From contig NC_043024.1 of assembly GCF_006345805.1 (NCBI RefSeq), forward strand, positions 18,228,001-18,292,000: DNA of 64,000 nt, in the 5' to 3' direction. Positions 22,902-37,280 of this stretch are shown here, piece by piece. The position numbers and the translations under genes were made by a program. The notes under the pieces are model-generated. The model had not been told where the DNA came from, did no database searches, and saw nothing but the letters and a program-made list of their open reading frames with translations. How positions within the stretch are numbered: the stretch's first letter is position 1; every line of letters starts with the position of its first letter. Source of the DNA: Octopus sinensis (taxonomy: Eukaryota).

Positions 22902-23152
22902 CTCTGCTCTCACAAATGAGAATACTAATAATGAACCCACCTGCTCTAAAAAAATTAAGTAAAAAAAAAATAATCAAGAATCCTTGTCCGGTACCAGATC
23001 AATCCCAAAATCTAATCAGTTTGTGCTAGTCACGAGGTCAAACATCCCTAAAAGTTTCATCCAAATCCATCCAGCTGTTCTTGAGATATCTTGTCCACAA
23101 ACAAACACAACTGAAAACAATACTGCCGCCTTCGCTATAGCGGAGGTAATAA
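22902..23152. mobile_element. Helentron-associated (HINE/DINE-1-like) element
   Basis: Terminal hairpin ccttcgc-tata-gcggagg followed by taataat, an acaaacaaac tract, and the ccaaatccatccagc...ttgagatatc motif. Confidence 0.55.
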
Positions 23153-23487
23153 TCATAAATAATGAGTTACAGTATATAAGAGTAAAAATACATAATGAAT
23201 AAAATAAAAGTGAAATAAGATTTATGCTCATCTTTGTATACGACTGTGCATATGTGTATATGCATGTGTGTATGCATATATATATTTATGCACAACAAGT
23301 ATGGTTGTCGGTTGTTTATGCAGCAATATGTGTGTGTATGCATATATATGTTGTATGTTTCCTTTCAAACTTACTCATTAGAGTAAAAATAAAAAATGAT
23401 AAATTAAAAAATAAAATAGATTAAATATAAGTGAAATAAATTTATGTTCTTATGTGCATATGCATGTGTGTATGTATATATACATAT

Positions 23488-23665
23488 TCTTTTCTACTCT
23501 TGGCACAAAACCCGAAATTTTGGGGGAGAGGGACCAGTCAATTAGATCGACCCCAGTATGCAACTGGTACTTAATTTATCGACCCTGGAAGTTATACAAT
23601 GGCAACCAGTTTTACAATGACAAAGTCGACCTCAGCAGAATTTGAACTCAGAATATAGCGACAGG
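23488..23665 (-). mobile_element. SINE-B (tail B2)
   Basis: tactcttggcacaaaacccgaaatttt...aaagtcgacctcagcagaatttgaactcagaa. Other B2 copies at about 13925-14120(+), 19681-19897(-), 21880-22075(-), 22785-22900(-), 41612-41800(+), 52135-52352(-). Confidence 0.8.
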
Positions 23666-23747
23666 TGATAATGTTTATGACAATTGTGGTGGTAGTGGTG
23701 GTGATGAAGATGATGATGGTAATAATCTTTCTCTATTTCTACTTCAG

Positions 23748-24052
23748 ATCCCTATGTGAAGATGTGGTTAATGCATGGAAACACCAGGGTGGAGAAACGG
23801 AAGACCACAATCAAACGAAGGACCCTCAATCCCATATTTGAAGAGACTTTTATTTTCGATATATCTTGGGAAAAGATCCGTGAGTCTCAGATTCACGTCA
23901 TTGTCATGGACTTTGATAAACTTGGCCGCAACGAACTGATTGGTAAGCTGGTGCTGGGCTCACGCAGTGGGCCGACAGAAATGAAACACTGGAATGACAT
24001 GGTATCGAAACCACGACAACCAGTTTTACAATGGCATCTATTGAAGGATTAA
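23748..24052 (+). CDS. syt7: Synaptotagmin-7-like, terminal coding exon (C2B domain)
   Basis: Acceptor ctctatttctacttcAG at 23746-47, phase-1 start (g)AT CCC TAT = [104 protein letters not shown] at 24050-52. WEKIRE, MDFD..GRNELIG and KHW.DM.SKPRQ.V.QWH.LK match Syt7 C2B as I recall it. Confidence 0.93.
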
Positions 24053-24089
24053 TTATACCTAGCTGTCTACCATCTGTCTATATTCAAAT

Positions 24090-24121
<32 letters not shown>

Positions 24122-24126
24122 GCAAG

Positions 24127-24157
<31 letters not shown>

Positions 24158-24451
24158 CAATATATATATGTCTGAAATATACAATAAGTGTATATATAAC
24201 ATACATATGTATATACTATAAGATATATAACATGTAATACATATATATGTATGTATTTATGTATAGCATGTTTTATATGTATGTATAACGTTTTATGTAT
24301 ATATATATGTTATGTGTGTGTGTATACAGATGGAATATATGTGTGTATATACATATATATGTAATGTATATGAAAAAACTACATATATTAATATATTATT
24401 AGTATATATATGTATATATACACACAGCACACACACACACATATATATATA

Positions 24452-24489
<38 letters not shown>

Positions 24490-24501
24490 ACATACATACA
24501 T

Positions 24502-24539
<38 letters not shown>

Positions 24540-24567
24540 CATACACACACACACCACACACACACAC

Positions 24568-24603
<36 letters not shown>

Positions 24604-25549
24604 AATATACTTTTAAGAAAATTCATCGAGTTCGAAGACAATCCCCACACTGTCCCTCCAAATCTACCCCCTCCATAACATAACAACAAGATAAACAAAA
24701 TATTAACAAATATAACATACATACCAGAACCAACACACTCACACACACACACACGCATTGTAGATGAGTGATGGGGGGAGGAGATAAAAGAAAGGAAGGA
24801 AAGAAACAACAACAACAACACTTATCTAATAATGGCATAAACGGCAACAACAAGAGCAGTAATAATACTGCTGCAGCAACAACAACATTCACATTTACAA
24901 CAACCATCGCAGCTCTTACAGTCTGATATAGTAGTCAAATCTCCCTCAAATTACAGCCTACCATCTCAAACCAAAAAAAGCAACAAAAAAAATACAAAAT
25001 TCTATTCTATAATGTAGTCAGTAGTTGTAGATAAAACTATAAATAAATGGGATGGTCATGGATGGAATGTCTTTCATCAGGTCTGCGTGAATCATAGCTG
25101 GCCTGGGGCTAAACAACAGCAGCTGCTTCTACAAAAACCACAGTTACATCAACAAGGCTAGACATTATATTACAATAGCCAAAACAACAACAACACCAAC
25201 AGCAACAACAGTTGAAGAGAAGACGTGAAAGAATGGTGCTGAATCAAAATGGCAAAAATTGAGGAACTTTTGTCTTGGAGGATGAAAATATAAGAAAAGA
25301 AATTTAATAAAATTATAATTTGTTTACTAGATATATACAAATATGTCCACACATACATATATAATATATATATTTGTGTACTGTATAATACATATACAGC
25401 TGGACATAGAAGAGTTTGATGCAATATACATGTATTTATGTATATATACAAACATATATATATATACATATATATACATACATACACACATTTGTACATG
25501 TATAAACTAGTATATACAAAAAGATTGATATGAAATATGTGTGTGTGTT

Positions 25550-25591
<42 letters not shown>

Positions 25592-25707
25592 ATATATATA
25601 TAGTTATCCGTAATAATGAAGGGTGAAATTAATTAATTGGAAAAATTATCAATTACACCAAGTAGTCTTCGGCATGTAAAAGCCTCATTCGAGGAAAATT
25701 TAAGTAA

Positions 25708-26231
25708 TACTAAGCAATAAGGGTTTAGCAACGAGTTGCCTTACCACATACCGAATTTAGAAATAGCAGTCAAAGGGTTATAGCTATTTCTTCTACAAAA
25801 AAGGGAGATCTCAGTAAAAACAGCATTTGGAAGGCAGACACAAACAGGTAAGAGAGAATGAATTGACTGCAATCTATCATACATTTTTTTAGTTATCCAC
25901 GGACGTACGTTTCGAAATCAAGTTTATTTATTATTTATTATTTATTTATTTATTATTTAATTATTAATTATTTATTATTTAATATTTAATATCTAATTCT
26001 TATGCTTTCCTTAAAACTTGATTTCGAAACGTACGTCCGTGGATAACTAAAAAAATGTATGATAGATTGCAGTCAATTCATTCTCTCTTACCTGTTTGTG
26101 TCTGCCTTCCAAATGCTGTTTTTACTGAGATCTCCCTTTTTTGTAGAAGAAATAGCTATAACCCTTTGACTGCTATTTCTAAATTCGGTATGTGGTAAGG
26201 CAACTCGTTGCTAAACCCTTATTGCTTAGTA
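25708..26231. repeat. Perfect 218-bp inverted repeat with 88-nt AT-rich spacer
   Basis: Arms 25708-25925 and 26014-26231 read as exact reverse complements. Confidence 0.95.
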
Positions 26232-27263
26232 TATATATATATATATATATATACATACATACATACATACATATATATACACATATATATGTGTGTGTGT
26301 GTACTTTATTTGCATGTTAAGGCTACCATTGGTTTCATGTTAAGGAATATTTCAACAATTCCTCAAGCCTATCATATAGAAAAATGGTGTTCGCCTCCAT
26401 TTTGGGTTAAAATGATAGCCTTAATGCACAAATAAAGCATTTTCATCCACCAATGCAGTGTTGAGCATTCATTCTCAGTGTGCGATATATATATAGATAT
26501 ACATACATACACACAACATGCACAGCAAAATACAAATGAAATTAAATAAAAATATATACATATACGGTCTCAACACACATACCCACACACATCTCTAGAT
26601 TATGGATGTGTCAAGAAGTCTGTACATAAATAGCTATGTATGTATACATATGTATGCTTCGTTTTTTGGGATTGATAAAATATATTAAAATGAATATATA
26701 CAGAGAGATGTGCTTATATTTATAAATGTGACTTGTGTGTATATTTAATATTTACACAGACATTCACATGTATGTGTATATATAAGATAACTATGTGTTT
26801 TTTTATGGGCACACTTCCTCACACAGACAAACAGCAAGATAGACATACACAAATGTGTGTGTGTGTATGTAAATATGCATTTATATACAAATATAAATGC
26901 ATATATACATACACACACACACATGTATATATATGTATGTATATATATATATATATACACATATATATATCATCGTCATGACGACGATGATGATATAGAT
27001 ATACATATACAATATATATATATATATGTATGTATTTATATATATGTATATGTATGTGTGTGTGTGCATATATATATATATATGTGTGTGTGTGTGTATA
27101 TGCATATATATACATATGTATGTATATGCATATATATACATATGTGTGTTTATGCATATATATACAGGTTTCATGTTCACAACATGATACACATGTATCC
27201 AAAACTTTATACACATATCTTTGTACATAGGCATATATATCATATACGCATACATACAAGTAT

Positions 27264-27301
<38 letters not shown>

Positions 27302-29199
27302 TAAACATAATACAGGTGGACAGCAAATAGAAGTTGCAGAGAAAGAATGGTGGAGGTGGTGGTGGTGGTGGTGGTGGTGGTGGTGGTGGTAGGCAGTAAT
27401 TTGAGGGATGATGAGAAGAGGGTGGGGAAGGAAAAGACCCAGTTAAAAAAAAAATTTTTTAAGGGATGAAAGAAAGAAAATACCCTGATGTCTTCTGGTT
27501 TACTGAATGTAAAATAAAATAAAACACAACCCAAACACAGACAAAACAAAAAGAAAAAGGAACACAGACAATTATTCCCTTGGACCCTTGAGCAATGAAA
27601 GGATGGACAGAAAAATGAAGAACCAGCCAGTATTTGGAGCCAAGAATTGGTAAAGGAAACTGGTGAAAAAAGTTGGAATTTGTAAATAACAAGGATTTAT
27701 TTTGTAGAGACTTTGATGGAAATAATCTAAAATAGGGTAAATTTATTTCCTCAAAACTCTTTGGGATTTTTTTTTTGTTTTGTTTTTTAAGGCACAATGG
27801 CTTGTATAATGCTCAAGGTTCTGAACTGAACCAGACTGGACTCAATTTAGATTTATTGACCTCATGGAGGGTGGTCATCAGGTTCAAAACTTGCTACTGC
27901 TACTTTTACTTGTTACTAACTTTACGGCCATTGGGCAGTGTCCAAGGGCAAGCAACATAACTCTATTCGCCCTCACTAAATGACTGATTCACTGGTTGGC
28001 TAGTTGGCAAGAAAAGACATTCCCAATTCCCCCTCGCCCCACCCCCACTGCTGTTATGTTCATGGTCGAGTGGTTCGAAGTAGGAAAGAGCTTCAAGTTG
28101 TATGGAAAGAAATTAAAAAAAAAAAAAATTTTTTTAAATTTAAGAAAAATATATATCGTTTCAGCCATGGCAAACATGGTAGAAAAAAAATATGGATTGA
28201 AAAAGAAAACAGGTGGTTATTTAAGGTGGAAAAATAAAGAGTAATAATAGATATATAGACTGGCTAGATGATTAGATAGATAATTAGGTAGATAGATATA
28301 TAGATAGATAGATGGATAGATAGATTAGAATGAGAGTTTTAAAAGGTGAATGGATGAGGAGTTAGATCATAGATGATTGTTTTAGATGTTTATAGAGAAA
28401 GATGCAAAGACAGACACATAGAGAGAGAGTGATAACTAGTTGAATAGATATACAATACATTCATACACAATGTATAATGCTATATATATAAATATGTATG
28501 TATGCATGTATGTATACACACACACATACACACACGCACAAACACATTCAGAACAGCTCAAGTCTGGATCCAAACTTAAATTTGATTTAAATCTGAAATT
28601 TTGGTACCAACTCAGTGAAATCTTTACATGACTTGAAACCCATTCTAATATAACTCACATGATTTTTTTACAAGTGGACATGATCCAATTCTTAGGTGAA
28701 TCAACATCTTAATCCATTCATGTACACTACTGATTTCAGATGATCCCCACGCAGATTAACAAAGATAAAAAAAAAGAAAAACAGTGTGAATTTTAGAGAG
28801 TTAAGTGACCATCCAACTAGATTTTGTATCCCAAACCATCTTCTTGTTAAGATTTCATCTAAATAACTGCACACACTGAATACTTAGATCGGGTTAAGCA
28901 CTAGATTGTTGTTGAAACAGCGTTTCAGCTTGTTCCAAGAGAGAGACTCTCATTTCATTTAAAGATCAGAAACGGTTTTAATTCATAGATGTATGTCCCT
29001 CTTCTTAATTTAGTAAAACTAAAAATTTATGAGCCCTAAAAGTTTTCCTAAAACATAACTGTCCCCCTCCAAAATTCATGGAGCATAGAAAGATACATAC
29101 ATATATATATATATGTGTGTGTGTGTGTATATATGTAAATATACTTGCGTGTATGTGCATGTGTATATATATATATATATTTGTGTATATGTGTATGTA

Positions 29200-29258
<59 letters not shown>

Positions 29259-29953
29259 CATGTATGTGTGTGTGTGTGTATATATATATAATATATGTAT
29301 CTTGAGGACCCACATTGGTACCTTATCACTACCATTTTTATCTCTTTCTAGCACCACTGATAACCTCCCCCTCCACTTGTATAATGCAAGTACCCATGTA
29401 CCTCCCCTGCAACAAGAAACCTGTTACAGCTACTTCTTTCATACTTTAACCTCTCGTCACCTAGCATCAAAGCCACTTCACACACACACACACACACAAT
29501 CGAATGAAGAATGCATTTAGCACATCTTATTAGTTACAAAATTTTCAGTACCTCTCCATTTCTAAAGCCACTACACATAAATAATTTCATGTGAAAAATT
29601 ATGCAATATTTGCGGTTGATTATATTGGAATGGCATTTCAGACAGGCTTCAAAAGATGCAATCTTACATTGTGCAATGGCCAAGCAGTTTGTTACATAAG
29701 GAGGAAACTACACAACCACATACATACAAGAAAAAATCCACATGGGTTCAGGTATTAGGTCAAACCTGAATATGTGTTTCTGTGTTGATGGCTGAAAGGC
29801 TAAGAAAGAAATATCAAAGTAGATAAGAATAATAATTATGAGTAAAACTAAAATATAGTTTGATAGCAAACTACATTTGTAAATGAGAAGAGATGTATAA
29901 AGACCAGTATATGTGTGTGTGTATGTATGTATGTATGTATGTATGTATGTATG

Positions 29954-29990
<37 letters not shown>

Positions 29991-30374
29991 CACCTAGTCA
30001 GCAAGATAGGTAGATATAGAAATATAAGGGAATGAAAACATAGATAGAGAGACAATGAGAGAAAGATTGATAGAGCAGCAAAGAGGGATAGATAGAATAA
30101 AGAGTTTTTTTGTTGTTGGTCATATTTTTTTTAAATAAAGAAATAAAAAGTATTAAAACATAAAAAAATTAGAAACTAAAAAATATAAACAATGGATAAA
30201 AAAAAGAAAGTCATAATATTACATATATATGTATACATATTTGCATATATATACATATGTGTATATACATATGTGTATATATATATATATTATATACATG
30301 TATATATATATATACACACACATGTATATATATATATACACACATATGTATATATATACATATGTGTATGTGTG

Positions 30375-30409
<35 letters not shown>

Positions 30410-30662
30410 AAGGAGAGATATTAATGTGGTAACGAGAAATTAGTAATCGTTAGTTTGTTGTTGTTGATAATTGGTCGTGATGATGATGATGATGATGATG
30501 TTGATAATGATGGTAAAAAGATTCTATTTTAATGTGACTTGTTGTTGTTGTTTTTTTTGTATATGATTTGCTTATTTTTGTTTTTGTATTGAAATAAAGG
30601 AAAAAAGAACAAGTCAGCATTTGTATATCTATCTATCTACCTCTGTAGATACATATATATTA

Positions 30663-30699
<37 letters not shown>

Positions 30700-31170
30700 T
30701 ATACACATATATATACACACACATATATATATACATATTTATACACACATATATATATACACACACATATATGCACATAAATATATATATATATATATAC
30801 ACATATATATACACACATATATATAAATACACATATATACACACACACACACACATAAACATATATATAAATATACACACACACACACATATGTTTATTG
30901 TCTGTGGCTAAAAGCCTTCCTACATATGCAACATGCCCTTACCAGCTGCCTAACAACCCTTATACCATTGAATGACTGCAAAACATGGAATGTTTTTGGT
31001 AGTAAAACGACACTGTTATTGGAGTGGTGCTAGGGAAGTTTGGCAGGTTATAATGTTACCTTCATGCAAGTCACGTCAAAGGTTTTCTTTTGCTACACTA
31101 CACACACACACACACATATATACACACACATAGATACAAATATACATACTTGTGCATACATAGACTTGTA

Positions 31171-31220
<50 letters not shown>

Positions 31221-31233
31221 TAATATATATATA

Positions 31234-31319
<86 letters not shown>

Positions 31320-32939
31320 ATACAGATGCACATATATAGAGAGAGAAAGACAGAACTTCTTATGAATATGCATATATGTATATACTGATATATGAACACA
31401 CACACGCACACATATATATTTATACATGTACTCACAGACACACATTTGGTGACATTATTGTTATAATGCTGGTGAGGAAATGGGTAAGTAGGGAAAATGG
31501 GGAGTTTACAAATTTGGAATGTACCCACATTGTAGGGAGGGGAGGGAGTTGATGATGATGATGACAAAAGGTAGGCTATACATTACTGGTAATGAAGTGA
31601 ACCTTGATTAAATGATTATGTTAACGATGACAGTAATGATACAGTGTTGAAATGTATGAAGGATGTGGTGGGAATGGTGATTATAATTACAGCTGCAACA
31701 ATGATAGTGATGATAGTAGTAGCAATGATGACTACTACTAGTACTACTACTATTACTACTGCAGCTAATATCGATGCTGGTAGTGGTAAGTGTAAATTGG
31801 GAATATCATTAATTATGAAATACATGAAATCACCTCTTCCCCCATTTACCATTTCTGGAATTCTCCAGATGTTCCCCACCCTGTTCTTTTTTTTCTTTCA
31901 CTCTAAACAAAGGTACTGTAGTCCATATTAATTACATATATACATACATATAGAATACTGCAAATGAAAAAACAACAATATTTCACATTTCATGATTTCA
32001 TTTTGAACTCTACAGCTGTTTCAACAATAAAAATACAAACATCACCATCCACATAATTACTGAATATATTAAAAAAAAACATAATCTGAATGAGATGGTT
32101 AGACCATTTCATCAAGAGATGAAATTGAAATATGAAAAGCAAAATATCACACACACACACATACATACATCATCATACTCTAATGTCCGTTAAAGGATGA
32201 TGCTGATGTTAGTGTATATGTGTGTATACATGCACACACACGTATATATATATATACATATATACACATGCACCCATGCCAGCATGGAAGATGGACGTTA
32301 AGCAATGATGATGATATATATGTATGTATGTGTATGCGTGTATATATATATATAGTCTGGTGCACAAATAGCTTATTAAACCTGTGTCTGTATTGATACA
32401 CACCGTGTATATATAATTTTTTTTTTCTTGTTTTAAAGCATTCAACTGTATATATATTTTACATACAGCTTGTATTGCAGGTTCTTCCTTTCATCAAGTA
32501 TTAACATGTGATCAGAATGATTTAAGATCCCTTCCAGCCATGCAGCTCCCACCATTGGTGCCATTTAGCTCTGATCCTACCAAGAAATCGCTAGGGTTTT
32601 GTGCTCTGCAATATAACAAACCATTTTTTCATTTCATTATCCATGTGTCCATCACTCACATCAGGGTAGCCATATCATTTGGGTAAATAGACAGCTATAT
32701 ACCTATGCACACACATACATGCATTTACACATACGTGTTATATAATATATAGTATTTGTGTGTGTTTGCTGGTTTGAATGTCATGAAACTCCTTGAAAAT
32801 TGCTTGTCCAAATTCTTGGCCATTAGAATCAAGCTATGATACAGAAGTAACTACAGAACTAAATATGTAGTTATACATACACACACTCACACACAATGAT
32901 GTATAATGCTTCACATGCAAAAACACCATCTAACTATAC

Positions 32940-33712
32940 ACCTACCCTTTTACATATGCATATACACACATACACACACATGCATATATATATATATATA
33001 TGCACACATACACACACACCCATGCACATGTTTTATTTTCTTTGATATATAAATATATATATATATATATACTTAACACACCTAAACATACATATATATA
33101 TACATACATACATATATATATACACACACATATATATATACACATATACATACATATATACACACAATATATACATACATGTTTATATACACAAATATAT
33201 ACATACATATATATATACACATAAATATATACATACACATATACATACATATATATATATACATATATACATATATATTATATATATATATATATATACA
33301 TATATATACATACATATATATATATATAAATATATACATATATATATATAATATATACATACATATATAAATATATACATACATATATAATATATACATA
33401 CATATATAAATATATACATACATACATATATATATATATTATATATGCACACATACACACACACCCATGCACATGTTTTATTTTCTTTGATATATAAATA
33501 TATATATATATATATATACTTAACACACCTAAACATACATATATATATACACACATATATAAATATATACATACATATATATATACACATATATACATAC
33601 ATATATATACACACATATATAATATATACATACATGTTTATATACACAATATATACATACATATATATATACACATAAATATATACATACACATATACAT
33701 ACATATATATAT

Positions 33713-33757
<45 letters not shown>

Positions 33758-33878
33758 TATACATACATATATATATATATAAATATTACATATATATATA
33801 ATATATACATACATATATAAATATATACATACATATATAAATATATACATACATATATATAAATATATACATACATAC

Positions 33879-33919
<41 letters not shown>

Positions 33920-34130
33920 CATATATACATACATACATAAATATACACATACATATATACACACATACATATATAGATATATACATACATATATATATAC
34001 ATACATATATATATACATATATATATACACACATATATATATACACATACATTTATACGCATACATATATATGCATACATATATATGTATACACACTCAC
34101 ACATACACACCCCTATGCATATATATATAT
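32940..34130. repeat. Compound (TA/CA) microsatellite with an internal duplication of about 445 bp
   Basis: cccatgcacatgttttattttctttgat...cttaacacacctaaac occurs near 33018 and 33464. Confidence 0.85.
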
Positions 34131-34953
34131 ACTGCACATCCATACAAATAGCTATCACTTCAAGATTGTTTCCCCTTATCTCTCATAATTAGTGCCTACC
34201 CTGGCTTTCATTTTAAAATATTCCTACTTTTAACTAAACACTTCCCTTTTATTCTGACATTCTTCTCTTTCATCCTGTTCGTCTCTACCAACTCCTCTTT
34301 GATCATTAATATATCCATCTACCTTAGCTTACGTTTGATCTTCGTCACTTGAGACTTTAAATGTAGTCTTAGAGAGTTTTTGGTTATTGCCAGCAAAATT
34401 TTGGCACCAATTTAAATACACACACACACACACACAGCTCAGAGTTATCTGCTGGTCAGCAAGTTCTGTTATTGCCATGTTTTAATAGAAAAAAAAAACA
34501 ACTTAAATAATTGAAGTAATAACATAAAATATAATAACTATACCAAACATTGTGTTAGTTCACAATGGCTGTGTAGGTAAAACGTTTGCTTGGCATCCAC
34601 ACAGGTTTAGGTTCAGTCCCACTGCATGGCACATTGAACAAGTATCTTCTTTTAAAGCTAAGTCCAACCAAAACTGAAAGAAACCCATCATGTGTGTGTG
34701 TGTACTAGCTCTCATACACACGTACACACACATATGTGTGTGTGTATGTTTGCATGATTCTGTGTCGCCTTGTTCTGATATCATACACTAACTATAGAAG
34801 AATATTACCATTATACAAGCTATGCTGTTTGTTTTCAATATTCCATAAAATCATGTCATGGGGAAATATTAACTTGCTTCGAAACAAGCGAGGGTTGATG
34901 ACAGGAAGAGCACCTAGCTGTTGAAAATTTTCAACAAATTTATTCAATTAAAT

Positions 34954-35725
34954 TAGTGGTTCTCAACCGGGGACTATATGACCCCTAGAGGTCCATGTAA
35001 GAGTTCTGGGGATCTACACAAGGAAAATAGTAAATTGGGGATTCACGGTAGTGTCTTAAAGGTCTGTGAAAAAAATGTTACTTTAGATGTATATATATGT
35101 ATATATAGGCACAGGAGTGGCTGTGTGGTAAGTAGCTTCATTACCAACCACATGGTTCCGGGTTCATTCCCACTGCGTGTCACCTTGGGTAAGTGTCTTC
35201 TACTATAGCCTTGGGCCAACCAAAGCCTTGTGAGTGGATTTGGTAGATGGAAACTGAAAGAAGTCCATCGTATATATATATATAAATATATATATGTATG
35301 TGTGTGTGTGTATATGTTTGTGTGTCTGTGTTTGCCCCCCAACATCACTTGACAACTGATGCTGGTGTGTTTACATCCCTGTAACTTAGCGGTTCAGCAA
35401 AAGAGACTGATAGAATAAGCACTAGGCTTCCAAAGAATAAGTCCTGGGGTCGATTTGCTCGACTAAAGGTGGTGCTCCAGTGTGGCCACAGTCAAATGAC
35501 TGAAACAAGTAAAAGAGGTAAAAGAGATTGTAAGAAACAGCTTGGTTTTTCTCTAACATTTTTACATACTTCAACCTACACAAGTTGATGTTTGAAAAAC
35601 AAAGTCAGCATTTTGAAAGAAGTTACTATAAAACTAGTTTTTAAACATTGAATGGCTATGGGAGTCCACCAGAATGAAATAGTAATCAAAGGAGTCCACA
35701 GGCAAAGAAAGGTTGAGAACCACTG
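34954..35725. mobile_element. hAT-type MITE with a nested SINE-A (about 35105-35527)
   Basis: TIRs tagtggttctcaacc / ggttgagaaccactg; 8-bp flanks aattaaat / agttaaat (7 of 8 match). Confidence 0.85.
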
Positions 35726-36384
35726 AGTTAAATAGAAGATTCAGTTATTGAAATGAGTGTCAAAAATATGTTATCTATGCAAACTATTCTACCAAGTTTA
35801 ATTATATACCTTTAATCATAATGGGTTTGGATAGGTGAAGAAATCCCAACACAGGGCTGAAACTAGTCCAACTGGTTTGTCTTTTTCTGTTCATGAAACA
35901 TCATCAAAAATAGATGCTTATGCCCATAAATATAGTGATGGTCAAAATCTATAGCTATGTATATATATTTAACCCATGCCAGCATGGAGAGTGGACATTA
36001 AACAGTGATGATGATATACATATATACCTATATATATATATGCTTATATAAACACATATTCACATATAAACCTATATATACATTCATACATACATACACA
36101 TATAAACCTATATATATATATATCATCATGATCATCGTTTAACATCTGTTTTCCATGGTAGCATGGGCTGGACAGTTTGACGGGGTCTGGGAAATTGCTG
36201 ACGAGACTCAGCTGGGTTGGGAATTGTAATTCTCTAAGAATATTCAAGTATTTTGTTATTATTCTTTTTAGAAAGTACCAGAAATAGATTCACAACCTAT
36301 AAGTGTTTCAAATAGATGTGCCCCTACATAAAATTTCAACTCCCTAGATGCAAACTAATTACCTTGTAACTTGGAACCCACATA

Positions 36385-36439
<55 letters not shown>

Positions 36440-36639
36440 GGTGTTGGTATACTCCTTATGCAGAGTCAGACCACTGCTTGTACTTACATCTTAGATCTGT
36501 CATGGATTGACAAGGATTTCCAGTCAAGAACTGCCAGCAGAGAATACACACACAACCACATCATCCAGTACACTAAATTCATTAAAAAACTTATATATCA
36601 TGGACTCTCCTATCATAAAATGATGTATGAGGGTTCTGC

Positions 36640-36960
36640 AATGTAGCTTTTTAAACCAGACATTGTTTTGAAAAGACACCCACATAAATTGCATATCTGC
36701 TTTGGGTCACCAAGAACTGCAGTTAGATTCTGATCTTTGTGGATCTTAAAATGTCTTTTGAGTCCTCCTGTTAGATTTGCAGACCTTATGGCATCCATGG
36801 CACTGAAAGGTGTGCACAGATAGATATGTGGAAGTCTGTTTTCCATGAGTCCGCAAATGAGATTTGAGCCCAGCAAAAGAAAGCATAGTTTGTCACAAAT
36901 TGTACCCACAAAAAAGTGGTTGGGATTCATTTTCTTGTTGATCGTAGCATTTTTCTTCAA
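36640..36960 (-). mobile_element. Decayed RTE-like 3' region with three C2H2 fingers
   Basis: With frameshifts: TICDKLC..AGLKSHLRTH / CHGCHKVCKS.GGLKRHFKIH / CNLCGCLFKTMSGLKSYI. Confidence 0.7.
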
Positions 36961-37002
36961 ACTTCTTTTGAGTTTCACATGGGTCAACACGTGTGTGTGT
37001 AT

Positions 37003-37280
37003 GAAAGCACATGGCTTAGTGGTTAGGGTGTTGCACTCATGATTGTGAGACGGTGGTTTCAGTCCCCAGACCGGGCATTGCATTGTTTGCTTGAGCAAAG
37101 CACTTCATCCTCACGTTGCTCTGCAATCATTTTGTCATCTGGTATGTGGTACATTGTGCACCTGTTGATTTGATGGAGGGAGTGAGCTCGTGTGAACACA
37201 AACATTTGATCACTGTAAACAAATCACGTGCATGGTTGTTCAATAAGAAATTGTCGAACCCTCATACATAGACTAACAAA
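37003..37280 (+). mobile_element. SINE-D
   Basis: tggcttagtggttagggtg...ggtttcagtccc head and ttgagcaaagcacttc domain; body matches 2500-2660. Confidence 0.7.

Noticed and set aside
25650-25697. Hammerhead-like string on the minus strand (cctcgaatga ggc...gcc gaag)
   Set aside because: Stem II is present but the core is not CUGANGA-like and I could not form stem I.
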